Below, piece after piece: positions 20,540-28,868 of a DNA stretch of 64,000 bases; position 1 is the first letter of the stretch, and each line of letters opens with the position of its first letter. The position numbers and the translations under genes were made by a program. Under the pieces are notes generated by a model that was given only the letters and a program-made list of their open reading frames with translations, was not told the DNA's origin and made no database searches. Location: contig CAXXYE010000009.1 of the NCBI GenBank assembly GCA_963674865.2, positions 1,312,001-1,376,000 on the forward strand, read 5' to 3'. This stretch comes from Candidatus Hydrogenedentota bacterium (lineage in GTDB: Bacteria; Hydrogenedentota; Hydrogenedentia; Hydrogenedentales; SLHB01).

Positions 20540-21982
20540 CTACGTTTCGAGCAAGTCTCTCACTGTTTGCACGAGGTCGACGCGCGGCACGGTAATCTGG
20601 CCCGTCTTGCCGGCCTTGCGGTATGCTTCTCGATCCTCGATGCCCTCACGCTGCTCCTTGCCGGCTCGGAGGTCCTTGACGGATACAACGCCCTGGGCCA
20701 GTTCATCTTCTCCGATGATCACAGCGACGGGAATGCCTCGGTGATCTGCGTGCGATAATTGGTTTCCCATTCCCCTTTTCTTCCTCGAAGCGAAGTAGGA
20801 TTCCGTTCTAATGCCCTCGGCGCGTAGCTCGGACGCCAGCCTCAATGTCTCGCTGGGAGGAACCTTCCCGACGGTGACGACGAGGACTTGGCTTACGGCG
20901 AGTCCCGTCGTGATGATTCCGAGATGCTTCAACGCGGCCATAAGGCGATCCAGGCCGATGGACATGCCGGTTGCGGGAATCGGCCGATTCAGGAAACGCG
21001 CGACTAACCCATCGTACCGGCCGCCGCCCCCGACCGACCCGAACTGCGGGGCGCTGGGGAGGAGCATCTCGAATACCGGCCCAGTGTAGTAGTCTAACCC
21101 ACGCGCCAGGCTCGGCTCGAATCGGGCATGGCTCTCCGAGACCCCCAAGGCTGTGAGGCAAGTGTCCAGTTCGCGCATTTCACCCAGGGCGGCATTGGCC
21201 GCCTCGGTGGCAGGGAGCGCCGCTTCGAGGTGCGTTACCACCTCGGCCCGCGACGTGCCCGTCACGCCAATGAACGCTATGATCGCGTCGATGGTCGCCC
21301 CGTCGAGTTCAACGCCCCGAATGGGATCGCCCGAATCATCGACGCGTCCGGGGCCGAGCTCGAGGCGCACGTTTTCCGTGCCGACCTTCTTGAGTTTGTC
21401 GATCACGCGCATGACGTGTTTCACGCGCTCCGGGTCGGTAATGCCGCAGTGTTCGAGGAGGGCGTCGAAGAGCTTCCTGTTGTTGATGACGACCGCATAG
21501 TCGGCCACACCGAGAGCGCCCATGGCCTCACACATGATAGCGACTATCTCCGCATCGATGGCCACGGAGTTGGAGCCAGCCACATCGATGTCGCACTGGG
21601 TGAACTCCCGGTATCGGCCCGGATCGGGCTTATCGGCCCGCCAGACGGGGCCAATGGCGTATCGGCGGAAGGGGACCTTCATCTTGTCGGGATATTGGGC
21701 CAGCACCCGCGCAAAGGGGACGGTGAGGTCGAACCGCAGGGCAATGGGCTGGCCCTCCGGGCTCTCAAGGCGGAATAGCTCCTTATTCGTCTCTTCACCT
21801 CCCGCACCGAGAAGCGTCTCGAGCGATTCAAGGGCCGGGGTCTCGATCGGTGAGAACCCATAGCGCTGGAACACGGCCTCGATGGTACGTATCACCTCAC
21901 GGCGGGGAAGGCTGTCCTCGGCCAGGAGGTCCTGAAAGCCCTTGAGTGTTTCTGGACGGATCTGCTTGTTCTCTCCCGACAT
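20540..21982 (-). CDS. hisS: Histidine--tRNA ligase
   Basis: LRFDLTVP, GRYREFTQCD, RGLDYYTG, GGGRYD. Confidence 0.97.
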   Translation of the reverse strand: MSGENKQIRPETLKGFQDLLAEDSLPRREVIRTIEAVFQRYGFSPIETPALESLETLLGAGGEETNKELFRLESPEGQPIALRFDLTVPFARVLAQYPDKMKVPFRRYAIGPVWRADKPDPGRYREFTQCDIDVAGSNSVAIDAEIVAIMCEAMGALGVADYAVVINNRKLFDALLEHCGITDPERVKHVMRVIDKLKKVGTENVRLELGPGRVDDSGDPIRGVELDGATIDAIIAFIGVTGTSRAEVVTHLEAALPATEAANAALGEMRELDTCLTALGVSESHARFEPSLARGLDYYTGPVFEMLLPSAPQFGSVGGGGRYDGLVARFLNRPIPATGMSIGLDRLMAALKHLGIITTGLAVSQVLVVTVGKVPPSETLRLASELRAEGIRTESYFASRKKRGMGNQLSHADHRGIPVAVIIGEDELAQGVVSVKDLRAGKEQREGIEDREAYRKAGKTGQITVPRVDLVQTVRDLLET

Positions 21983-22171
21983 GTTTGCTGAAGTCCTTGT
22001 TGCGATGGTGTATCTGAGCCGTACTGCGCTTCTTGCCTGTTTCATGCGCACCGGCGCATCAGGGACGGGGCTGGACAGGCAACCCGCGGCGCGCCGCGCC
22101 GGCGCGAGGTCACCAGGTTGAGTCTACATGACCTGCGCGGGGTGCTTCAATTGGCCTGCGTGTCCTTGAGC

Positions 22172-23392
22172 GGCGCTGGATTCAATGAGCAAGTGCAACG
22201 GCGTGTAGCTTGAAGACTTCGTTAGGAGTTCGGTATCCCAGTTTTTTGCGTGGCCTGTTGTTAAGTTGACGGACGTAGCTTTGGAGCTGGCTTTCGGCAA
22301 TTTCCCTGAAGTTGGTGTTCTTGGGGAGATACTGGCGTAGGAGGCCGTTGGTGTTTTCGTTGGTGCCGCGCTCGTAGGCGGCATAGGGATTGGCGAAGTA
22401 GGTGTCGAGGCCCAAGACCTCGGCGATGTGTCTGTGGTGAGCGAATTCGCTGCCGTTATCGAAGGTGATGGTCTTTGTCCAGTGGGCGGGCAGGTGCCTG
22501 AGTTGGTCGATGGCAGCCTGGGCGACGCCGTCGGCATGACGGGAGCCGAGCAGTGCGGCCCGTAGCAGCAAGGACTTACGTTCCACCAGGGTAAGCACGG
22601 CGCCCTGTTGGTTGGCCCCGACGAGTAGATCTCCTTCCCAATCCCCGTAGCGCTTTCGGGTGGCGACCTCGGGCGGCCGGGCCTCGATGCCGACGCGATT
22701 GGGAATGAAGGGCCTCGTGGGGCGGCGCTCCCCGCGTTTGCGGCGGCGCGGCCGCCGGCGTCGAAGACAACCGATCAAGGGATTGCCTAGCTTTTCATCG
22801 GTGTACAACGAGCGGTAGATGGTCTCGGGACTGACGCGCATGCGCGGTTGGCCGGGGAAATCCAGCCAGAGGCGGCCCGCAATCTGCTCCGGTGACCATC
22901 CTTCCGTCATCTTGTCGAAGAGATAGCGCCGTAACGCCGGCTCACTGAGCGAGGTGGTTCTTCGGCAAGTCTTGCGGACCTGCTCGTATCGTTTCTGGGC
23001 GCGCGCCGCGGAATATGCCTTGGACGGGGCCCGATTCCGAGCCAGTTCCCGGCACACCGTCGAGGCGCTACGGCCCAACTGGACGGCAATGGCCCGTTGA
23101 CTCAGCCCTTGGCTAAGCCATGCTTGTATCTGTCCGCGTTCCATTGGTGTAAGATGGCGATAGGGCATCGAGACTCCTTTCGGTTCTTGGTTCGTGCAAA
23201 AAACCAGTGTACCGAACGGATTTCTCGATGCCTTCCTTGTTCTGTCTGCCTTGTGCTCAGAACTCACCTACAGCAAAGGGGGGCCCTTCCCGCTGTCGCC
23301 GTCCGCCGCCGCTCAGGGGTGAGCGACGAACGGCTCCGACGGGAAAGGGCACTCACCCAACCATGTTGCACTTACAATAAGAACTCAGGGCC
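22172..23392 (-). mobile_element. IS30-family insertion sequence, 1221 bp
   Basis: Imperfect 28-bp terminal inverted repeats (GGCGCTGGATTCAATGAGCAAGTGCAAC versus reverse complement GGCCCTGAGTTCTTATTGTAAGTGCAAC, 19/28 identical) flanked by a 2-bp GC direct repeat at 22170-22171 and 23393-23394. Confidence 0.88.
22182..23168 (-). CDS. IS30-family DDE transposase
   Basis: YRHLT..ER, N-terminal HTH, WSPEQI, GDWEGD, TFDNGSEF, ERGTNENTNGLLRQYLPK, LNNRPRK. ATG at 23168 follows AAGGAG. Confidence 0.97.
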   Translation of the reverse strand: MPYRHLTPMERGQIQAWLSQGLSQRAIAVQLGRSASTVCRELARNRAPSKAYSAARAQKRYEQVRKTCRRTTSLSEPALRRYLFDKMTEGWSPEQIAGRLWLDFPGQPRMRVSPETIYRSLYTDEKLGNPLIGCLRRRRPRRRKRGERRPTRPFIPNRVGIEARPPEVATRKRYGDWEGDLLVGANQQGAVLTLVERKSLLLRAALLGSRHADGVAQAAIDQLRHLPAHWTKTITFDNGSEFAHHRHIAEVLGLDTYFANPYAAYERGTNENTNGLLRQYLPKNTNFREIAESQLQSYVRQLNNRPRKKLGYRTPNEVFKLHAVALAH

Positions 23393-23423
23393 GCCCGGAG
23401 CATCAACCGGTTTCATGCGGCTC

Positions 23424-23451
23424 TTGATTTCAATTCGACGTTTGGTAGAAT
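23424..23451 (+). promoter_or_regulatory. Putative sigma70 promoter of the Gfo/Idh/MocA gene
   Basis: TTGATT-16 bp-TAGAAT with a TG extended -10. Confidence 0.5.
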
Positions 23452-23614
23452 GGGGACTTGGGTCTGGCGGCGTTCTTTTGCGGGGAGAGGTCTCGATGGT
23501 GGCTGCATTCGGTAGGGAACAGCTTTGGGGGGGCTGCGTCTTCCGAGAATCATGCGCGGATGGTTCCATATGGCGGCTCGATGGGACTTGGCGCTACGAG
23601 AAGGGGGAGGCCGC

Positions 23615-24574
23615 ATGATCAAGGTCGCATTTGTCGGTTGCGGAGGCATCATGGAGGAGCACTGCAAACACCTGCAGGCCATGGACGAGCTAAAGCTGGC
23701 CGGATATTGTGATATCGAGCGCGCTCGGGCGGAGTCCTCCGCGAGACGTTTTGGTGGTGAGGCCTACACGAATCATGAGGAGATGTACGACAAGGTGAAG
23801 CCGGACGCGGTATACGTGGCCGTGCCTCCCTATGCGCATACGAGGATTGAGGAGGCCGCCGCCGAGCGTGATATACATCTTTTCATCGAGAAGCCCATAG
23901 CCCTTACCCGCGACGGCGCACGCCGGATTCACGCGGCCGTCCGGAAGGCGAAGATTCTAACGAGTGTCGGGTACCACATGCGCTACAGTGAAGTTGTGGC
24001 GCGTGCCCGGCAGATTCTCAAAGGCAAGGTCGTGTCGCTCGTGACGGGGGCTTGGATTGGCGGCATGCCGGAGGCTTCGTGGTGGCGCCGGATGGACAAG
24101 AGCGGCGGCCAAGTTCTTGAGCAGACGACCCACATTGTCGACCTGTTGCGCTACCTTTGCGGAGAGGTATCGGAGGTCTATGCGTCGGCCTCTACCGGGT
24201 GCATGACCAAAGTCAAAGACTACGATGTGCACGACAGCAGTGTCGTCAACCTTCGGCTCAAGAGCGGCGCCTCGGGGTCCGTTGTATCCTCCTGTGTGGC
24301 CGGACATGACGGCAAGGTTATGCTCGAAGTGGTGACGCCGGGGGCCACACTGTGCCTGACGAAGGACAGTCTGGTGGTCAAGGAAGCGGAGAAGACCACT
24401 GAATTTCGCTCTCGGGGGAACGCGTTCGCGGAGGAGGACCGGGCCTTCATTGACGCGGTCCGCGCCGGCAAGCGGACAAAGATCCGATCGACCTACTCGG
24501 ACGCTCTCAAGACGTTTTTGGTTACACTCGCCGTGAACGAGTCGATCGGGTCGGGTTTGCCCGTGAAGCCCTAG
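23615..24574 (+). CDS. Gfo/Idh/MocA family oxidoreductase
   Basis: VAFVGCGGI, EKP, GGQVLEQTTH. ATG follows GGAGG. Confidence 0.9.
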   Translation: MIKVAFVGCGGIMEEHCKHLQAMDELKLAGYCDIERARAESSARRFGGEAYTNHEEMYDKVKPDAVYVAVPPYAHTRIEEAAAERDIHLFIEKPIALTRDGARRIHAAVRKAKILTSVGYHMRYSEVVARARQILKGKVVSLVTGAWIGGMPEASWWRRMDKSGGQVLEQTTHIVDLLRYLCGEVSEVYASASTGCMTKVKDYDVHDSSVVNLRLKSGASGSVVSSCVAGHDGKVMLEVVTPGATLCLTKDSLVVKEAEKTTEFRSRGNAFAEEDRAFIDAVRAGKRTKIRSTYSDALKTFLVTLAVNESIGSGLPVKP

Positions 24575-24809
24575 CGTGGGCTTGAGGTATTGTCTTCTTC
24601 ACACACCGGCCTCATGATGATCCTCAAGGAAAAGTGCATTTTCTCACTTTTGAGCAATTGGCGAGGCCGTCCCGACGAGGAACACCTTTGTATGCGCCAA
24701 GTTTCTCTTCGTCGCCACGGCTCCCCCCAAAGGGCTAGAGGGGTTCGATGCCGCGTCTCGTCACAAGTGTCAAATATCTGTCAATACATGGGTTACGTTT
24801 GGATATCAC

Positions 24810-24838
24810 TTGACGGAGTCTCTCTGGAGTGATACAAT
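24810..24838 (+). promoter_or_regulatory. Putative sigma70 promoter of the MshEN-DnaA/pil operon
   Basis: TTGACG-17 bp-TACAAT with a TG extended -10, 66 bp upstream of the ATG. Confidence 0.65.
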
Positions 24839-24904
24839 CCGGAATGGCTCTGGCCGCTCTCGAATGGTTCCTGTGCGGCGAGAGACGGGGTAGTCTGCGC
24901 CACG

Positions 24905-26962
24905 ATGCTTAACCGGATGAAAAACAAGTCGGGGGCGGCGCCTGGCAGCGGGGGCAAAGGTCAGGATACCAAGGCCGCCGAGAGCCCGGCCACGAACGGC
25001 CTGCCGCTCGCTGCTCGGAGCGCGGAGCAGTCTTGCAAGCGACTCGGGGACATGCTTGTCGATGAGGGGGTGATTACCGAAGAGCAACTGCAGGAGGCAC
25101 TTGCCGCACGGAAGGAGCAGCGGGGCTTTCTCGGGCAGATTCTGGTCGATTCAGGCTACATTGACCAGGACACCCTTGTCGAGTTCCTGGTGAAGCAGTG
25201 CAAGATACCTCACATTCACCTCCGGGACTACGATGTTGGCCGGGACCTCCTGAAATTGATCCCGGAAGACCTGTGCATCAAGCATGCTCTCTTGCCGATT
25301 GACAAGCTTGGAAAGATTCTGACGGTGGCGATGGTGGACCCTTTCGATGTCGTAGCCCTGGAAGAGGTGCGCAAAGCGTGTCCAGATATTCGCATCAAGG
25401 CCATCCTCTGCAATTGGCAGGACTACATGGCGGTTGCCCAGAGGTCTTTCAAACTCGGAGACGAGGAGTCGTCCAAAGAGGAGGCCCCACAGCCGCCCTC
25501 GAGCAAGCCCGACGCCGACAACGCGCCTGACACGAAGGCAAAGGCTCCGGTAAAGGCCGACACGGAGGAGTCCAAGGTCGAGGCTGCCGTAGAATCGCTC
25601 GTGCAGGAGGCCGCCGGTGCGGAGGAGAAGACTCCCCAGCCGCCACAGTCTCCGCCGCCGGCGCAGGTGGATGAGGGTGCTGCGCCAGTGCGAGCGCGGC
25701 CCCGTCCCACGGCGCCCGGTGGCGCCTTCTCGCCAGACATTGCCGCGCTGATGCGCGAATCCGTTCAGGAGGCTGTTCGAGAGGCGGCGTTGGCGCTCGC
25801 GGCAAAAGAGGACAAGGTCCAGCGACCTGAGCCCGCCGCGGCGAGCGATGTGGCCGCCATGCTACGAGACGGCGTCCGGGATGGCGTCCAACAGGCGGTT
25901 ATGGCGCTTCAAGCACTCCAGGCGGATGCTCGCCCCGCTCCTGAAGAGCCGCATCGTGAGGAGCGACCCGGCTCAAGCGAAGAGTCCGGCGCACTTCTGA
26001 AAAGGATTGAGGAGCTCCTGGCCACCGTTACCTCGGCGGCACAGGCGGCGCAGGATGCGGCGACGCGCGCGGCCAACGAAGCCGAAGCTGCCGCGGCCGC
26101 CCACTCGGAGCGCGTCACAAAAAAGCGAAAGCATGTCTCGGTGCAACCCCTCGCGGTCGGGCCGTCGGCAGACGCGGAGTCAGGCGAGCCGGAAGTGATG
26201 GATGAGCGCGTGCGGGCGGCGCTCGACTCCGAACGCCCGGCGGGCGGTTTTACATTCACCAACTTCTTTGTTGGCAGGAACAATGAGTTCACTTGTGAAC
26301 TCGCCAAGGCCGTAAGCGCCAATCCGGGCGGCAAATACAACCCTTTCTTTCTCTACGGCGAGGTCGGCACCGGCAAGACGCATCTGATCAATGCCATCGG
26401 CAATGCGATCCTGGCAGGGGATGCCCCGGGGCGCGTGGGATTCGTGTCCTCAAGCCGGTTCGCGAGCCGCTTGGGCGATGCCGCGGCGGATAAGGCACTG
26501 GATGCTTTTCGTGCTGACTACTGCCATTGGGAAGTGCTTATCGTGGATGATGTCCAGTTCTTGGGAGGACGGCTCGAGGCTCAGGAAGAGTTCTTTCACA
26601 TATTCAACGCCCTCCACCAGGAGGGGCGGCAGATTATTCTCGCAGGCGACAGACCTCCCGATCAGTTGGGGCAGCTCGAACGGCGGCTTGTGTCGCGGTT
26701 TGCCAGTGGTGTCGTGGCTCAGCTAAGGTCCCCGGAATGGGAAACACGGATGGCCATCCTCCACCACCACGTCAGCGAGGCGAAGAAGGCCATGCCGGAA
26801 GAAGTACTCTCCTTGGTAGCGATGCGAGTGCCCCACGATGTGCGCAAGATGACTGGGTCGCTGCGCAAGATAGTTGCATTCGCCGAGCTTGTGGGCCAAG
26901 ATATAACGTGTGATCTAGCAAACGAGATTCTCAGCCACCTGGACGTGGACGAGGCGGCTTGA
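24905..26962 (+). CDS. Fusion protein: MshEN/T2SSE-N domain, low-complexity linker, DnaA-type AAA+ domain (no domain IV)
   Basis: RLGDMLVDEGVITEEQLQEAL...FLGQILVDSGYI...AMVDPFD at the N-terminus. Then FTFTNFFVG.NN, YNPFFLYGEVGTGKTHL, DDVQFL, QEEFFHIFN, DRPP, RLVSRF, DVRKMTGSL, with the stop immediately after domain IIIb. Confidence 0.9.
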   Translation: MLNRMKNKSGAAPGSGGKGQDTKAAESPATNGLPLAARSAEQSCKRLGDMLVDEGVITEEQLQEALAARKEQRGFLGQILVDSGYIDQDTLVEFLVKQCKIPHIHLRDYDVGRDLLKLIPEDLCIKHALLPIDKLGKILTVAMVDPFDVVALEEVRKACPDIRIKAILCNWQDYMAVAQRSFKLGDEESSKEEAPQPPSSKPDADNAPDTKAKAPVKADTEESKVEAAVESLVQEAAGAEEKTPQPPQSPPPAQVDEGAAPVRARPRPTAPGGAFSPDIAALMRESVQEAVREAALALAAKEDKVQRPEPAAASDVAAMLRDGVRDGVQQAVMALQALQADARPAPEEPHREERPGSSEESGALLKRIEELLATVTSAAQAAQDAATRAANEAEAAAAAHSERVTKKRKHVSVQPLAVGPSADAESGEPEVMDERVRAALDSERPAGGFTFTNFFVGRNNEFTCELAKAVSANPGGKYNPFFLYGEVGTGKTHLINAIGNAILAGDAPGRVGFVSSSRFASRLGDAAADKALDAFRADYCHWEVLIVDDVQFLGGRLEAQEEFFHIFNALHQEGRQIILAGDRPPDQLGQLERRLVSRFASGVVAQLRSPEWETRMAILHHHVSEAKKAMPEEVLSLVAMRVPHDVRKMTGSLRKIVAFAELVGQDITCDLANEILSHLDVDEAA

Positions 26963-26978
26963 TGTAGGAGGGCGAGGG

Positions 26979-28709
26979 GTGGCAACCAGACTATCCAGAC
27001 GCCGTTTGGGTGATGTACTCCTGGAGCAAGGGCTGATCAGCGAGGAGCAGCTCAAGGAGTGTATCCAGACGCAGCGTACGACGGGGCAAAGCTTGCCCAA
27101 CATCCTTGTTCAACGCGGTTATCTCGCGGAAGAGGATCTCGTCGTTACACTTAGTGAGCAGTTGGGCATTCCTCACATCCGCGTCGCGCATTACAACATT
27201 CCCAAAGAGGTCCTGAAGGAAGTCCCCGAGTCGCTGGCGCGCCAGTACCAGATGCTGCCTGTGTCCGTCACGGGGGACGTGTTGACGCTTGCGATGGCCG
27301 ACCCCCTCAATATCATGGCGCTCGACGACCTTCGGATGCTCACCAGCTACGAAATCGAGCCCGTTGTCGCTCTGATGTCGGAACTTGTCGAAGCCATCGA
27401 GCGCAACTACGGCGCGGGGCGCCAGGGCGCCGACCTGTACGCGGAGCTGGTCGAGAGCGAAGAAAGCGCCGCCGGAACGCTTGAGGTCGTCTCCGAGGAC
27501 GAAGGCGTCCAAGACATTGCGACGCTCGAGGCGGCAGGCGAGGAAGAGCCTGTTAAGCGCCTCGTCAACCTGATCATGCTGAATGCCCTCGAGGTGGGCG
27601 CGACGGACATTCACCTCGAGCCGTACGAGAAGATACTCCGCGTCCGCTACCGCGTCGACGGGGCGCTCGAAGAGGCGAAGAGCCCCCCAAAGAGCATGCA
27701 GGCCAAGCTGACGGCACGCCTTAAGATCCTGAGCAAGCTTCGTATCGACGAGCACCGCCGGCCCCAGGATGGCCGATTCCGGACGCGGTTCAAAGGCCGC
27801 GACATCGACTTCCGTATCGCCTTTCTTCCCTGCTACTACGGGGAAAAGGTTGTGATGCGTATCTTGGACAAGAGCGCTGTCTCGCTTGATTTCGAGAAGC
27901 TGGGCTTTGAAGAGCAGCCGATGCAGGCGTTCACCGAAGCCCTTAAACTGCCGCACGGGATGATCTTGGTGACTGGGCCAACCGGAAGCGGTAAAACAAC
28001 GACCTTGTATAGCGCGCTCCATCGGCTCAACACAATCGACGTTAACATTGTTACCGTCGAGGATCCTATCGAGTATGAGTTGTTTGGGATCAACCAGGTA
28101 CAAGTACACCAGGAAATTGACTTCACCTTTGGCAGCGCGTTGCGCCAGATCCTGCGCCAGGACCCGGACATTGTGATGGTCGGTGAGATGCGCGATGAGG
28201 AAACGGGCAGCACGGCCATCCGGGCGGCACTCACTGGACACTTGGTGCTGAGCACGCTCCATACCAACGACTCCGCCGGCGTGTTTCCTCGCTTAATTGA
28301 TATGAATATTGAGCCGTTCCTGGTGCAGTCATCCGTCGTGCTGGCGTCCGCGCAGCGGCTTGTTCGCAGTGTGTGTCCTGAATGCAAGGAGCCGATCAAG
28401 GTGCCTGCCGAGGTGCTCCAACGGATCCAATATAAGCCGTCCTCCGACGCCCCCCCGCCTCAGTTTGTCAGGGGGCGCGGCTGCAGCCGCTGCAAGGAAA
28501 CAGGTTACAAGGGACGCCTCGCGGTTATAGAGGCGATGCCGAATTATCCCGAAATAGGTGAGATGATCATGAAGCGCGCGCCGGGCTCGGATATCAAGAA
28601 GATCGCCGTGTCCTGCGGCATGAGCACGCTTCGCCAAAATGCTCTGGCCAAGGCCGCTCGCGGCTTGACGACGATTGAGCAGGTGCTCGAGCATACTGGC
28701 GCGGATTAG
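26979..28709 (+). CDS. pilB: Type IV pilus assembly ATPase (GspE/PilB family) with MshEN
   Basis: RLGDVLLEQG, DIHLEP, PQDGR, GPTGSGKTTT, LRQDPD, STLHTND, CxxC...CxxC zinc motif. Confidence 0.93.
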   Translation: MATRLSRRRLGDVLLEQGLISEEQLKECIQTQRTTGQSLPNILVQRGYLAEEDLVVTLSEQLGIPHIRVAHYNIPKEVLKEVPESLARQYQMLPVSVTGDVLTLAMADPLNIMALDDLRMLTSYEIEPVVALMSELVEAIERNYGAGRQGADLYAELVESEESAAGTLEVVSEDEGVQDIATLEAAGEEEPVKRLVNLIMLNALEVGATDIHLEPYEKILRVRYRVDGALEEAKSPPKSMQAKLTARLKILSKLRIDEHRRPQDGRFRTRFKGRDIDFRIAFLPCYYGEKVVMRILDKSAVSLDFEKLGFEEQPMQAFTEALKLPHGMILVTGPTGSGKTTTLYSALHRLNTIDVNIVTVEDPIEYELFGINQVQVHQEIDFTFGSALRQILRQDPDIVMVGEMRDEETGSTAIRAALTGHLVLSTLHTNDSAGVFPRLIDMNIEPFLVQSSVVLASAQRLVRSVCPECKEPIKVPAEVLQRIQYKPSSDAPPPQFVRGRGCSRCKETGYKGRLAVIEAMPNYPEIGEMIMKRAPGSDIKKIAVSCGMSTLRQNALAKAARGLTTIEQVLEHTGAD

Positions 28710-28868
28710 GTCCGGCGTTGCCGACCTCTCAATGAGGCTTTCTGGACGGCTTCGTCAGCCCGCGGATGGGCACTTGGGCCGGAGTTAGGACAGGTATCGA
28801 GGGCGGGCGAGGCATATTCGAGTGGCGACTCCATCGAGGGGATGGGGCGGATCTGGAGGGAGATGACA

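Noticed and set aside
24838..24880. Minus-strand sequence CGCACAGGAACCATTCGAGAGCGG loosely resembling a c-di-GMP-I riboswitch
   Set aside because: It is on the wrong strand for the operon and lacks the GGCAAA, GNRA loop and GACGCAAAG core, so it is probably chance. An Infernal scan would settle it.
24575..24904. Possible oriC upstream of the DnaA-like gene
   Set aside because: I saw no TTATCCACA-type boxes or AT-rich unwinding repeats, there is no dnaN/recF/gyrB context, and the protein lacks domain IV.
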